64,000 bases of DNA, from NCBI GenBank assembly GCA_050246755.1, contig JBFWVL010000005.1:64001-128000 (forward strand), in the 5' to 3' direction. The translations under genes and the position numbers were made by a program. This stretch comes from Bacteriovoracia bacterium. GTDB taxonomy: Bacteria > Bdellovibrionota > UBA1018 > CAIPTA01. Under the pieces are notes generated by a model. The model made no database searches. It was not told the origin of the DNA and saw only the letters and a program-made list of their open reading frames with translations. The stretch's first letter is position 1; the number at the start of each line of letters is the position of its first letter. Of this stretch, positions 18,480 to 27,408 are shown piece by piece.

Positions 18480-18926
18480 CTACCTTGCCGCCAGCAATGC
18501 GCCCGCGAGGGCCAAGGCAGCGCCGGTAGCGCGCATCGGATCCACGGGCAGCGATTCCACGAAATAGTCCCAGAGGATGCTGGTAAAAATCTGGGCCACG
18601 ATCACGCCGATGAAAACTTTCGTAGCGCCTACGCTTTCAATTGCCCAAGGAGCGGTGGCCACGATGAGAAATCCCAGCAATCCGGGAATAAAAAGCCACC
18701 AGCCGAAAGCAAAGCCATTTTCGCTGGCCTGGTAAAGGCCGGGAATATTTTTCGCGGGGATAAAGCGCAGCCCGAAATAAAAAATCAGAGCACCGAAAAA
18801 TAATATGATTCCGTTGAACACGAGGGCCATCGGAATGCCCATATTCGCGGCGTAGCGCCGGTTCATGGTGTTTTGCAAAACGCCCATCACGCCGATCAAA
18901 AACGGCAGCAGGAATCCGAGCAGCAT
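18480..18926 (-). CDS. DMT family transporter (YdcZ/DUF606-like)
   Basis: Five TMs; LQNTMN, WWLFIPGLLG, AQIFTSILWDYF. Confidence 0.85.
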   Translation of the reverse strand: MLLGFLLPFLIGVMGVLQNTMNRRYAANMGIPMALVFNGIILFFGALIFYFGLRFIPAKNIPGLYQASENGFAFGWWLFIPGLLGFLIVATAPWAIESVGATKVFIGVIVAQIFTSILWDYFVESLPVDPMRATGAALALAGALLAAR

Positions 18927-19531
18927 TAAGTCACCACCACCACCGTGCCGCGCAGTATTTCACGATAAGCACAGTAGAGCATAAGGATGGAGACGGGGGC
19001 GGTAACCAGGATCCCGATCCCGGCGAGGAGAAAGCCCGACACGAAGAGCAGCGTGGCAAAGAACCAGAGGCCGAATACGGTGAACCAATTTCCTCGCACC
19101 AGCGCGCGGCTGCCTTCGAGCGCTTCCCAGAACGTCTTTTTTTCCTCGAGCACGATCAGTTGCGCGAACGTATAGGAAACAGCTAGGTAGATTCCCGGCA
19201 AGAGGAAGCAAATGAGCCCGATGGTCACGAAAATCGTGCGGAGCAATGCCACCATTAGCAGCTGGGGTGCGAGCGGAAGCACATTTTTCAGTACCGAGAA
19301 GTCGGCTTTGCCATTTTTTCGGTCTTGTTCCGCCAATAAAAATACGCTCGGATAAAAGAGGGGCGTGACCAGGAGGGTCAAGAGTGGGCCCAAGAGCGGA
19401 AGATGAGCGCACACGTAGTAGAGGAGTAGGTAAGCGAGCGTTAAAATCGTGAATACTTCTGGGGCCCGGAGGAAAATATTCCAGGCATCCTGCAGCGCTT
19501 TACCGATATGAATTTCGTAGGTTGACTTCAT
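18926..19531 (-). CDS. Hypothetical integral membrane protein
   Basis: Several TMs, LLPGIYL, WEALEGSRALVRGNW motif; RBS GAGG before ATG 19531. Confidence 0.75.
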   Translation of the reverse strand: MKSTYEIHIGKALQDAWNIFLRAPEVFTILTLAYLLLYYVCAHLPLLGPLLTLLVTPLFYPSVFLLAEQDRKNGKADFSVLKNVLPLAPQLLMVALLRTIFVTIGLICFLLPGIYLAVSYTFAQLIVLEEKKTFWEALEGSRALVRGNWFTVFGLWFFATLLFVSGFLLAGIGILVTAPVSILMLYCAYREILRGTVVVVT

Positions 19532-19592
19532 TGTTTTTTCCTCTTCCGTTCTCCATACTATGGGAGAGTTTTTGCAGGACAAAGGAAAAATC

Positions 19593-20666
19593 ATGAAGTC
19601 GAGCATCAGCCTGGTTTGTTTGTTGGTCATCCTAAGCGGCTGCGCCTCCGTTTCCCCGCAGAAAGGCCCCGAGCCGGCCTCGGTGATGCCGGAAAATTAC
19701 GCTTCGAAAGCGGTGGCGCTTTCGCTGGAATGCGTGGACCAAGAGGTTCCTCATTCCTATGATCGTGGCGCTTACCCCAAAGCCAAGATCCTGCACCCAT
19801 CTTTTTACGGATGCTACGACTGGCACTCGGCGGTGCATGGGCACTGGGCGATGCTGCGCCTCCTCGACCAAAATCCCGCCTTGCCCGAACGCGCGGCCAT
19901 CGTGAAAAAATTGAACCGGCATTTATCCCCGAAAAATATTCGCGGGGAGCTCAAGTACCTACAAAAAAATCCATTATTCGAATGGCCCTACGGCGACGCC
20001 TGGCTGTTGCGCCTTTCCCAGGAAGTAGCGCAATCTTCTTTGCCGGAAGCCAAAGCTTGGCGAAAGGCGCTCCAGCCCCTCACGGATTTGATGGTGCAGC
20101 GGTTTATCGAATTATTACCGGGCGAAAAGGAAGCGGTTCGCGAAGGCATGCATGATAATACCGCTTTTGCGCTCACCCACGCCTGGGACTACGCGCAGGC
20201 AGCCGGTGATAAAGCGCTCACGGAATTGATCTTGGCTAAAGCCACGGAGCTTTTCGGGAACGATCGCAATTGCGCGATCGAGAGCGAGCCTGGGGCGCAC
20301 GATTTTATTTCGCCCTGCCTCGTGGAAGCGGATCTGATGCGCAGGTTGATGCCGGCGCAGGAATTTCGCGCTTGGTTCCAGCGCTTCCTGCCCAGAATCC
20401 CGGATTCATTCCTGCAGCCGACGATCCCGAACAACCCTAAAGACTACCAGGAAAGCCACCTGATCGGCCTGCTCTACCAGAAAGCTAGCTCGATGCGGGC
20501 CGTGGCCGCGCGCCTCGGGGAAAATGATCCTAAGCGCACACAGCTGAAGAAAGCCATCGATCGGCACGTGCAGGCGGCTTGGAAACTCATGTTCGACTCC
20601 GGTTACGGCGGCACGCACTGGATCGCCTCGTTCGCAATTTTTTACTATACCGACGCCGGGCTCTAG
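19593..20666 (+). CDS. DUF2891 domain lipoprotein
   Basis: Lipobox LSGC; HPSFYGCYDWHSAVHGHW, FEWPYGDAW, REGMHDNTAF, EPGAHDFISP, YGGTHWIASF. Confidence 0.88.
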   Translation: MKSSISLVCLLVILSGCASVSPQKGPEPASVMPENYASKAVALSLECVDQEVPHSYDRGAYPKAKILHPSFYGCYDWHSAVHGHWAMLRLLDQNPALPERAAIVKKLNRHLSPKNIRGELKYLQKNPLFEWPYGDAWLLRLSQEVAQSSLPEAKAWRKALQPLTDLMVQRFIELLPGEKEAVREGMHDNTAFALTHAWDYAQAAGDKALTELILAKATELFGNDRNCAIESEPGAHDFISPCLVEADLMRRLMPAQEFRAWFQRFLPRIPDSFLQPTIPNNPKDYQESHLIGLLYQKASSMRAVAARLGENDPKRTQLKKAIDRHVQAAWKLMFDSGYGGTHWIASFAIFYYTDAGL

Positions 20667-20676
20667 GGAGATAGGC

Positions 20677-21333
20677 ATGAAAAAAGCGGCAGTAGTGTTC
20701 TGTGGGTCCGGCTATAAAGACGGCAGCGAAATCCGTGAGGCGGTGGGGATTCTCTGGGCGCTTTCGGCGGAGAAAATTTCCGTGCAGATTTTCGCGCCCG
20801 ATGAAAAACAGACGGAGGTGGTAAATTGCCTGACGGGCGAAACCGCACCCGAGAGCCGCAATCAGCTGGTGGAGGCCGCCCGGATCGCGCGGGGAGAGAT
20901 AATTTCGCTCGCTAAATTACGCGCTGGCGATTTCGATCTGCTCCTAATTCCCGGGGGATTTGGCGCGGCTAAAAATCTTTGCAGTTTCGCCTCCGAAGGC
21001 AGCAAGGGCAAAGTGAACGCCGAAATGAAAAGGGTACTGCAGGAGTTTCGCCTGGCCTCCAAGCCGATCGGCGCCGTGTGCATTGCTCCCGCCATCTTGG
21101 CGCTCACCTTCGCCGGAGAAGGTTTGGAGCTCACGGTGGGCGCGCGCTCGGAGGCAGCGGGAGAGATCGAGAAACTCGGCCATACCCACGTGGAAAAAGC
21201 CGCCCACGAATGGCATATCGACCGGGCCAAAAAGATCGGAACGTCACCGGCCTATATGTACGACGCCGCGCCCCTCGACCAAATTTTTCTGGGGATTCGC
21301 GGCCTCGTGCGCGAGCTCAGCCAGCTAGCGTGA
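20677..21333 (+). CDS. elbB: ElbB/ES1 family (DJ-1/PfpI superfamily) protein
   Basis: GYKDGSEIREAV, EAARIARG, PGGFGAAKNL, GAVCIAP, SPAYM. Confidence 0.9.
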   Translation: MKKAAVVFCGSGYKDGSEIREAVGILWALSAEKISVQIFAPDEKQTEVVNCLTGETAPESRNQLVEAARIARGEIISLAKLRAGDFDLLLIPGGFGAAKNLCSFASEGSKGKVNAEMKRVLQEFRLASKPIGAVCIAPAILALTFAGEGLELTVGARSEAAGEIEKLGHTHVEKAAHEWHIDRAKKIGTSPAYMYDAAPLDQIFLGIRGLVRELSQLA

Positions 21334-21337
21334 TCAC

Positions 21338-22417
21338 GTGAATGCTTCGCCCGACCGTAAAGCCCTCCTCGTCGTGCTCGCGATCATCGTCGCGCTCGCG
21401 CTCATTTATGCCGGCAAACGCCGCCGGCTCAATTCCGAGTTCGATCGGACGCATCCGCTTACCGCCGCCGCCAGCCAAATCAGCGCGTCGCGGAATCGCG
21501 AGTGGTGCGACGATCAAGTAGCCAAGCGAAGGCTCTACGTTTCGGAGGTGATGGACCGCTATCATCCCAAGATCGCCGGACTATGGCGGCAGCGTGAGCA
21601 GAAACCCGGCAAAGAAGTTCCCACTATTGCCTTGGGGCCAATCCGGCTGCGCGTGAGTGAAGAAAAGAATGCGTCCACCAACCTAGAGTTCGAAGATTCT
21701 TCGTGGAGCTGGGAAGAGGCCTACGGTTCCCTGAGAAAAACTCAGGATGGTCTGCTGAGCGAAAACGAGCTGAAAGAAACTTGGCGCGATGTGGACACCA
21801 TGACCAGCTTTCTCCTGCAAAAAGACTACGGGCGCGTAATGGCGGGCAAGAAGTTTCTTGCCCCCGAGCTTACCGAACAGCTGTTTCGTCCGAACGCGGC
21901 CGTGGAGCGTACGGGAAAACATGAGTTCACGGTGAAACTGGACTCTGGCCCCTTCAGTGCCTACGAAAGCACGCTGGCGCAACTGATCGAGAAGGAATGG
22001 CAAGGCGGAGCGCACCGTGTGCACGTGCGCTGGGTGAAAAACGATCCGGCCGCTTACCGCTTAGAGCCCAATTTGGAATCCGGCCGCTCTTTCGTGAATC
22101 ACCAGCGAAAGGCGATCGTGCTCGAGAATCTGGCTTGGACCAAAACTCTCGCCCACGAGTTTGGCCACGTGCTCGGCTTCGAGGATCACTACTACGTGGT
22201 CTGGAATCCTACGGGATGTTACTACCGGCAGCTTTCTCGCTATGGAGATTTGATGTCGAATTCCCAAAGTGGCCGCGTTTCGAAAAAGCACTGGGAGATT
22301 TTGGAGCAGGCCTATCCGCCGAAGGCGGTGCTGCGGCCCGCGTTCATTTACCTATTTCAGCCGGAAAAACCGCTACACCACGGGCAGGGAAATAACGTAG
22401 GTGGACTGGGAAGATAA
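21338..22417 (+). CDS. Membrane-anchored putative zinc metallopeptidase
   Basis: N-terminal TM; AHEFGHVLGFEDHY (HExxHxxGxxD) and Met-turn-like DLMS. Confidence 0.65.
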   Translation: MNASPDRKALLVVLAIIVALALIYAGKRRRLNSEFDRTHPLTAAASQISASRNREWCDDQVAKRRLYVSEVMDRYHPKIAGLWRQREQKPGKEVPTIALGPIRLRVSEEKNASTNLEFEDSSWSWEEAYGSLRKTQDGLLSENELKETWRDVDTMTSFLLQKDYGRVMAGKKFLAPELTEQLFRPNAAVERTGKHEFTVKLDSGPFSAYESTLAQLIEKEWQGGAHRVHVRWVKNDPAAYRLEPNLESGRSFVNHQRKAIVLENLAWTKTLAHEFGHVLGFEDHYYVVWNPTGCYYRQLSRYGDLMSNSQSGRVSKKHWEILEQAYPPKAVLRPAFIYLFQPEKPLHHGQGNNVGGLGR

Positions 22418-23431
22418 CTGTTCGAAGGAAAATTGCCCGGAATGAGCGCGGATAACCGATTCGCAAACTGAAAGTGCTTCTTCGCTCATCACGTTTCCGC
22501 CCGTAATCCGAATTTCCACCGAATCGGCTCGTTTGTTCATCATGATGGTGATTTTTCTTTTTTCGCCAGAATCCATCGCATTCATACCCTGATCGAGCAG
22601 CTTCAGCACCACCTGGAGAATTTCCATCGGTCTTACGCGCACCGAGATTTCTTCGTCCATGAGGTCGAGCTCGGATTCCACATTAGCCAGGCGTAATTTT
22701 TCGCGGCTGATCGCCAGTGCGTCGCGCACGATGGTTTGGGGACGGATCTGTTTGGGTTTGGCCCGGCGCGAATAAGAAGCGTAGGTGGAAAGAGTGCGTG
22801 TGACCTCGCTGATGCGGGTGCTGGTTTTGCGCAGCATTTCCACGGCGGCCTCGATCTGCTTCGTATTGATCGGCTTGAGGGGGTCTTGGGATTGCTCTCC
22901 CAGAATTTCCATCTGGATCACGAGGGCGCCGAGCGGAGAATTAATTTCGTGGGCGATTCCTCCGGCTAGCTCGCCGATGGCCGCCATTTCCCGTGCGGAC
23001 GAGGCCGAGACGCGCTGGGCGTCGAGCTCGCGGCGCATGGCGCGGTCTTCGGTGATGTCCTCGGAAATTCCGAGGAGAAAACGGCGGGGTGGATTCGAAA
23101 GCACCAGCGGCACTTTGCGGGTGCGCAGCCAGTACTTTCCTCCGGGAACATGTAGCTCTTCTTCGGGGATCAGAATCGGCCCTAGCGCCTGCATGGTTTC
23201 TTCGTCTTTTTTCCGGAAAAACTCGGCTTGCTGAGGCGGGAAAAGCTGGAAATCGTTTTTGCCCACGGCCTCGGCCGCTTTAATTCCCCAGAGTCGTTCG
23301 GCGTGCCGGTTCCAGAACACCAGGCGAAAATCGTCGTCGGCGTCTTTGCAAAAAACCGCGGCGGGCATTTCGTCCAGGATCCGTCGCACGAATTCGTCGG
23401 AAATGTCGAGTTGGTTAAAGGATTCGAGCAT
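22373..23431 (-). CDS. PAS-domain histidine kinase-like protein with degenerate ATP-binding domain
   Basis: PAS (VFCKD...WNRHAE...GKNDFQLFP); H-box GIAHEINSPL; N, G1 and G2 boxes not recognisable. Confidence 0.8.
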   Translation of the reverse strand: MLESFNQLDISDEFVRRILDEMPAAVFCKDADDDFRLVFWNRHAERLWGIKAAEAVGKNDFQLFPPQQAEFFRKKDEETMQALGPILIPEEELHVPGGKYWLRTRKVPLVLSNPPRRFLLGISEDITEDRAMRRELDAQRVSASSAREMAAIGELAGGIAHEINSPLGALVIQMEILGEQSQDPLKPINTKQIEAAVEMLRKTSTRISEVTRTLSTYASYSRRAKPKQIRPQTIVRDALAISREKLRLANVESELDLMDEEISVRVRPMEILQVVLKLLDQGMNAMDSGEKRKITIMMNKRADSVEIRITGGNVMSEEALSVCESVIRAHSGQFSFEQLSSQSTYVISLPVV

Positions 23432-23511
23432 AACTTATCAGGTTCGCCAAAATTCTAGAGCTTGGCCAGGAGAAAATTTAAACGGCATAGTTAAAATTAA
23501 TCTAGCGATGC

Positions 23512-24282
23512 TTAGCTGGGACGCCGGTGCACCCAAATTAACAAGCAGATTCCCGTAGCGATCATTAGGAGGGCCGAAGCCTGAGAAAAGGTGAGCCAGG
23601 CGTATCCCAGAAAACCGTGGGTCAAATCTCCGCGAAAAAAATCGAGGGCAAAACGCAGCCACGCGTAGAAAAATACGGAGAGAATGCCCAAGGTGCCCAC
23701 CGGAAAGCGCCGTAGCTTTAGTTCGCGGAGAAAGAAGAAGGCTAGCAGGAGAAGGGAAAAGGATTCGTAGAGCTGCGTGGGGTGCAGGTGCTCGGTGGCC
23801 AGTTCCGGTGGCACCAGGCGCGAGGATAAATGCACTCCCCAGGGAAGCTGGGTGGGTATGCCGAAGCAGCAGCCGGCGCAAAAGCAGCCGAGCCGGATTA
23901 TTCCCATCGCCAAGGGGAGAACGGGGGAGGCGATATCGGAGCTTTCCAGTATCGGCAGTTTCGAAAAGTACAGAAAGGCGAGAAAAGAAGGGAAGGCGAA
24001 AAAGAAGCCGCCATGAAAGGAAAGGCCGCCCTCCCAGAGCAGGAATCCGTGCAGCCAGCGCCCGGCGAATTCGCTTTGGTGGCCCAGCACGTAGGCTACC
24101 CGCGCACCGAAGAGGCCCGTTACCAGCACCACGAAGATGAGGTCCACGTATTTGCCCACAGGAAGGCCCCGGCGCCTTACCAGCGTGAGCAGGAGAGCGA
24201 TGCCGGCCAGGTGGGCCAGGGCGAGAAATATCCCGTAGGTAGAAATGGGGGGCAGAAAGGGAAGGTGCAGAAAAGGAAGCAT
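23512..24282 (-). CDS. lgt: Prolipoprotein diacylglyceryl transferase
   Basis: GARVAYV, WEGGLSFHG, IRLGCFCAGCCFG, HPTQLYE, RFALDFFRGD. Confidence 0.93.
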   Translation of the reverse strand: MLPFLHLPFLPPISTYGIFLALAHLAGIALLLTLVRRRGLPVGKYVDLIFVVLVTGLFGARVAYVLGHQSEFAGRWLHGFLLWEGGLSFHGGFFFAFPSFLAFLYFSKLPILESSDIASPVLPLAMGIIRLGCFCAGCCFGIPTQLPWGVHLSSRLVPPELATEHLHPTQLYESFSLLLLAFFFLRELKLRRFPVGTLGILSVFFYAWLRFALDFFRGDLTHGFLGYAWLTFSQASALLMIATGICLLIWVHRRPS

Positions 24283-24297
24283 GGTTTATTTTGGCAT

Positions 24298-24333
24298 AAA
24301 AAAAGAGAGAAGCGTTTCCGCTTCTCTCTTTTT
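24298..24333. terminator. Intrinsic terminator (bidirectional)
   Basis: AAAAAGAGAGAAGCG-TTTC-CGCTTCTCTCTTTTT. Confidence 0.9.
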
Positions 24334-24348
24334 GCAAGACCGTTCCTA

Positions 24349-24543
24349 CTAGTTCGTAATGGTCGTAGTAGCGGTAGTGGTTGCCGTAGCGGTAGTGGTG
24401 GTATTCACCGTGTTTACCGAAGTGGCAGTTACCGTATACGCTTGGCCACCGGCTTCGCCGCCTCCGCCTCCGCCGCAAGCCGCAAATACGACCATCGCGA
24501 GAGACAAGCCCACCAGTCCTAGGATTTTTACGTTCGTGTTCAT
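24349..24543 (-). CDS. Small Gly/Thr-rich lipoprotein (64 aa)
   Basis: Lipobox FAAC, Gly6 linker, Thr-rich tail; followed by a strong terminator. Confidence 0.75.
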   Translation of the reverse strand: MNTNVKILGLVGLSLAMVVFAACGGGGGGEAGGQAYTVTATSVNTVNTTTTATATTTATTTITN

Positions 24544-24565
24544 ACTCCATCACCCCTTTTGTTGT

Positions 24566-25633
24566 TTATCTAGAATCTACTAGATTTTTCTTCGCCACAA
24601 GCCCCGGGGTCAATTTTCGGTAACGCGCCGAGACTGTTTTGAATATAGTCTCGTTATCGGCCATTAAGTTGTCGGCCTGCATGAAGTCTTTTAGCGCATC
24701 GGGATTATCTTTAAGCCCAATATAGAATCCCATTTTATCCGGATAGGAACCCTGCTTTTCAGGAGCGGTGGAGGCCGGTGCCCGCTCGGTTTTCGGGGCT
24801 TCGGCCACCGCCGGCGGGTTTGGAGCGGAAGCCACCACGTTGGGAGCGGCAGGTTCGGTGGAAGGAGCCGTGGGGGCGGCGGCCACTTGGGAGCCGGTAT
24901 TTTTCCAGCTGTCTTTATAAAAAGCCATCGCCTCGCCCAGCATTTTCTGGCGAATCGCCACGGGAACCAAGTTTTCTGCGCGCTCCAGGCCATCGCGGAA
25001 ATCTTTATTGGGGATGCTCGCCTTGAAGGCTTGGAAACGCTGCTCTAGTTTTGAGTATAGTTCGGGGTCGTCGTAGGTGTACTGGGCATCGGTGGCGGCG
25101 GCGAGGTGCTTGAAAAATTCCTCCCGCTTCATGCCCGAGCGTTTTTCAAATTCTTCGGCCACGGCCGCGGTTTCGCCCTTGTACATAAAAGAAGGGTCGA
25201 GGCGGCTGAGGGTGGTAACGTTTTTTTTCCCGCTCACGCCGCTATCCTTATCGTTGGCGGCTAAGCCCTTCGCGCCGGTCACACCCGAAAGCAGGCCCGC
25301 CGTGTCCGCGGAGGTCATCAGCCCTTTGAGGCGCTTGGTTTTCGCCTCAAGGTCGTCGAGTTTCTCGGAATTGATGTAGTTGCCGTAAGCCTCGTATCCC
25401 TTGGAGATGGCACCTGGAATATTCAGGGCGGCGAGGTTCATGAACGCCTTCATCGCGTTCCGGTAGGCTTCATCTTGATCGTCGTCGGAACCACGGCGGT
25501 TGGTAGTGGAGGCGGTATGCTGCGCGTCGGCTTGGCTAATAGCGAATGCCAGGGGTGAAAATACGAGGCCAAGCCCCAGGGCGAAAATCGCCGGAGTTTG
25601 GATCGTTTTCCAAGCTTGAGAGTAGCTAGACAT
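24566..25633 (-). CDS. Hypothetical secreted protein with Pro/Ala linker
   Basis: Signal peptide ending AFA; ERAPAS linker; C-terminal IFKTVSARY. Confidence 0.75.
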   Translation of the reverse strand: MSSYSQAWKTIQTPAIFALGLGLVFSPLAFAISQADAQHTASTTNRRGSDDDQDEAYRNAMKAFMNLAALNIPGAISKGYEAYGNYINSEKLDDLEAKTKRLKGLMTSADTAGLLSGVTGAKGLAANDKDSGVSGKKNVTTLSRLDPSFMYKGETAAVAEEFEKRSGMKREEFFKHLAAATDAQYTYDDPELYSKLEQRFQAFKASIPNKDFRDGLERAENLVPVAIRQKMLGEAMAFYKDSWKNTGSQVAAAPTAPSTEPAAPNVVASAPNPPAVAEAPKTERAPASTAPEKQGSYPDKMGFYIGLKDNPDALKDFMQADNLMADNETIFKTVSARYRKLTPGLVAKKNLVDSR

Positions 25634-25652
25634 GAGTCCCCCAGAAAGGAAA

Positions 25653-25668
25653 TGCAAGACGGAGGCCC
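25653..25668 (-). promoter_or_regulatory. Possible sigma54 promoter
   Basis: GGCCTCCGTCTTGCA fits GG-N10-GC, about 20 nt upstream of ATG 25633. Confidence 0.35.
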
Positions 25669-25907
25669 TTGGCTAAACCGTTAAATCTATTGGATCGAAA
25701 TTTGGAGAAAGCGCCTAACTTTTAGGCAGTGTTTAAACCTTGGCCAAAGGAGGAAGGTTTGACTCGCTGCGCTCTGTTGCTTTGTGGATGTCTTGTGGGC
25801 CGAATGTGAGTAAATGCAGGGGTTCTGCGGCTGAATATCCTTTTAGTAAATATTCTAGGTAGGGTATTAACAGAGTTCTAGCAAAAAAAGCCGCAGGAAG
25901 CGTATTG

Positions 25908-26276
25908 ATGATCGCCCAAAATAGGAAAATCCTCGTAGTGGAAGACGATGCCGGAATTCGCGAAAGCCTATTGGAGCTATTCGAAAGTGAAGGCTACGAA
26001 GTATTTCTAGCCGAGAATGGGCTCCGCGGGATCGAGATGATGCGCGATGTGCGGCCCTTCCTGGTTTTGCTGGATTTGATGATGCCCGTGATGGACGGAA
26101 GCGCATTTTTGGCGGACCTCGAAAAATCCACCGATAAAAAAGTGGCCGCCACGCCGGTGGTTCTGCTTACCGCCGCGGGCGCAAAGAATACGTCTGGCTG
26201 TAAAGTGAACGAAGTGCTCACCAAGCCCATCGATATCGAGGCCCTGCTCTCCGTGGCCGCTAAATACTGCGCTTAG
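25908..26276 (+). CDS. Single-domain response regulator receiver
   Basis: [25 protein letters not shown]. Confidence 0.93.
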   Translation: MIAQNRKILVVEDDAGIRESLLELFESEGYEVFLAENGLRGIEMMRDVRPFLVLLDLMMPVMDGSAFLADLEKSTDKKVAATPVVLLTAAGAKNTSGCKVNEVLTKPIDIEALLSVAAKYCA

Positions 26277-26947
26277 CTTTCTCCCTGGATCAGCGCGTTC
26301 GCCCGCGAGAAAACCCGGTCGAACATCGGCTCGGTCAGCCGCTTGGTAAATGTATTTTGTTGGCTTGGATGGTAAGAGAGCAGCAGCGTGCGCCCTCCGC
26401 CCAGCTTCGTTTCGCGCCCGTGGCCGAAGTCCGGCCTTTTTTTTCCGCCGCCGATTTTCGGCCAGAGCGCGGCTAAGGCGATTTGTCCGAGCGCAAGGTA
26501 TACCTTCGCCGAGCGCAGCGCCTCGAGCTCTCTTACCAAGTAGCCGGCGCAATTTCCTATCTCTTCCGGCGTGGGTTTGTTGTCGGGTGGCGCGCAGTGC
26601 GCGGTAGCGGAAATCCAGGCGCCACGAAGCTTCAAGCCGTCCTGCGCGGAGGTGGCCTCCGGCTGATTGGCGAATCCGGCCTTATGGAGCGCGCGGTAGA
26701 GCCACTCGCCGGACCGGTCCCCGGTGAACATTCTTCCCGTGCGATTCGCGCCGTGTGCGGCCGGAGCCAGGCCCACGATCACCAGGCCCGCATTTGGGTC
26801 TCCCCAGGAAGGAACGGGAAGTCCCCAGTATTTTTCTCCAGCAAAGGCCGCGCGCTTTTCGATGGCTATTTTCTGGCAATGCGCGAGGAGGCGCGGGCAG
26901 CGTTGGCAAGCCACGATCTCTCGCTGAATTTTTTCTAAGGCAGTCAC
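26273..26947 (-). CDS. Uracil-DNA glycosylase family 5 (UdgB-like, Fe-S)
   Basis: [45 protein letters not shown]. Confidence 0.93.
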   Translation of the reverse strand: MTALEKIQREIVACQRCPRLLAHCQKIAIEKRAAFAGEKYWGLPVPSWGDPNAGLVIVGLAPAAHGANRTGRMFTGDRSGEWLYRALHKAGFANQPEATSAQDGLKLRGAWISATAHCAPPDNKPTPEEIGNCAGYLVRELEALRSAKVYLALGQIALAALWPKIGGGKKRPDFGHGRETKLGGGRTLLLSYHPSQQNTFTKRLTEPMFDRVFSRANALIQGES

Positions 26948-27135
26948 GGGTACCCAAGCGGAATATTTGCCCCACCATGGAGCAGAGGAAACACGCTCAG
27001 TATGCCATAGCTTTTGGAGTTCTCGAATTATCCGGTTCGGCGCGGGGCATTGTGGGACATAAGGGCCTGGTGAGCCTCTTGCAGTCTCCGACGATAGATG
27101 AATTCGCTCATCGATTATTTAAAAAAGGAGCCTGT

Positions 27136-27408
27136 ATGAAACGCGCAGTTGGATTGGTATTTGGAATGGTGGCCGTCGGTGTTTTGCTCGATCGCGCCCG
27201 TTTAGCCGCAAAAGCCTATGCCGGAGTGAAGAAGATGGAGCCTGACTACGCCGGTAATTACGACATCGATGGTGTGTCCTACGATTCTCACGATAAAAAA
27301 GTGGTGGTGGGATCCGATAGCCGCGTGAAAGCGCCTTCCCTCACGAGCGGAAGGCACCAGATTGAATGCGGGGAAAAGCACGAAAAACGCGCAGGCCCCG
27401 CCGCTTAG
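27136..27408 (+). CDS. Hypothetical protein (90 aa) with N-terminal hydrophobic segment
   Basis: RBS AAGGAG before ATG 27136. Confidence 0.55.
   Translation: MKRAVGLVFGMVAVGVLLDRARLAAKAYAGVKKMEPDYAGNYDIDGVSYDSHDKKVVVGSDSRVKAPSLTSGRHQIECGEKHEKRAGPAA

Noticed and set aside
23438-24553. 371-aa minus-strand ORF spanning lgt, and other long shadow ORFs (e.g. 30662-31771, 42626-43585, 63038-63592)
   Set aside because: Alternative-frame or antisense shadows of well-supported genes, expected at high GC
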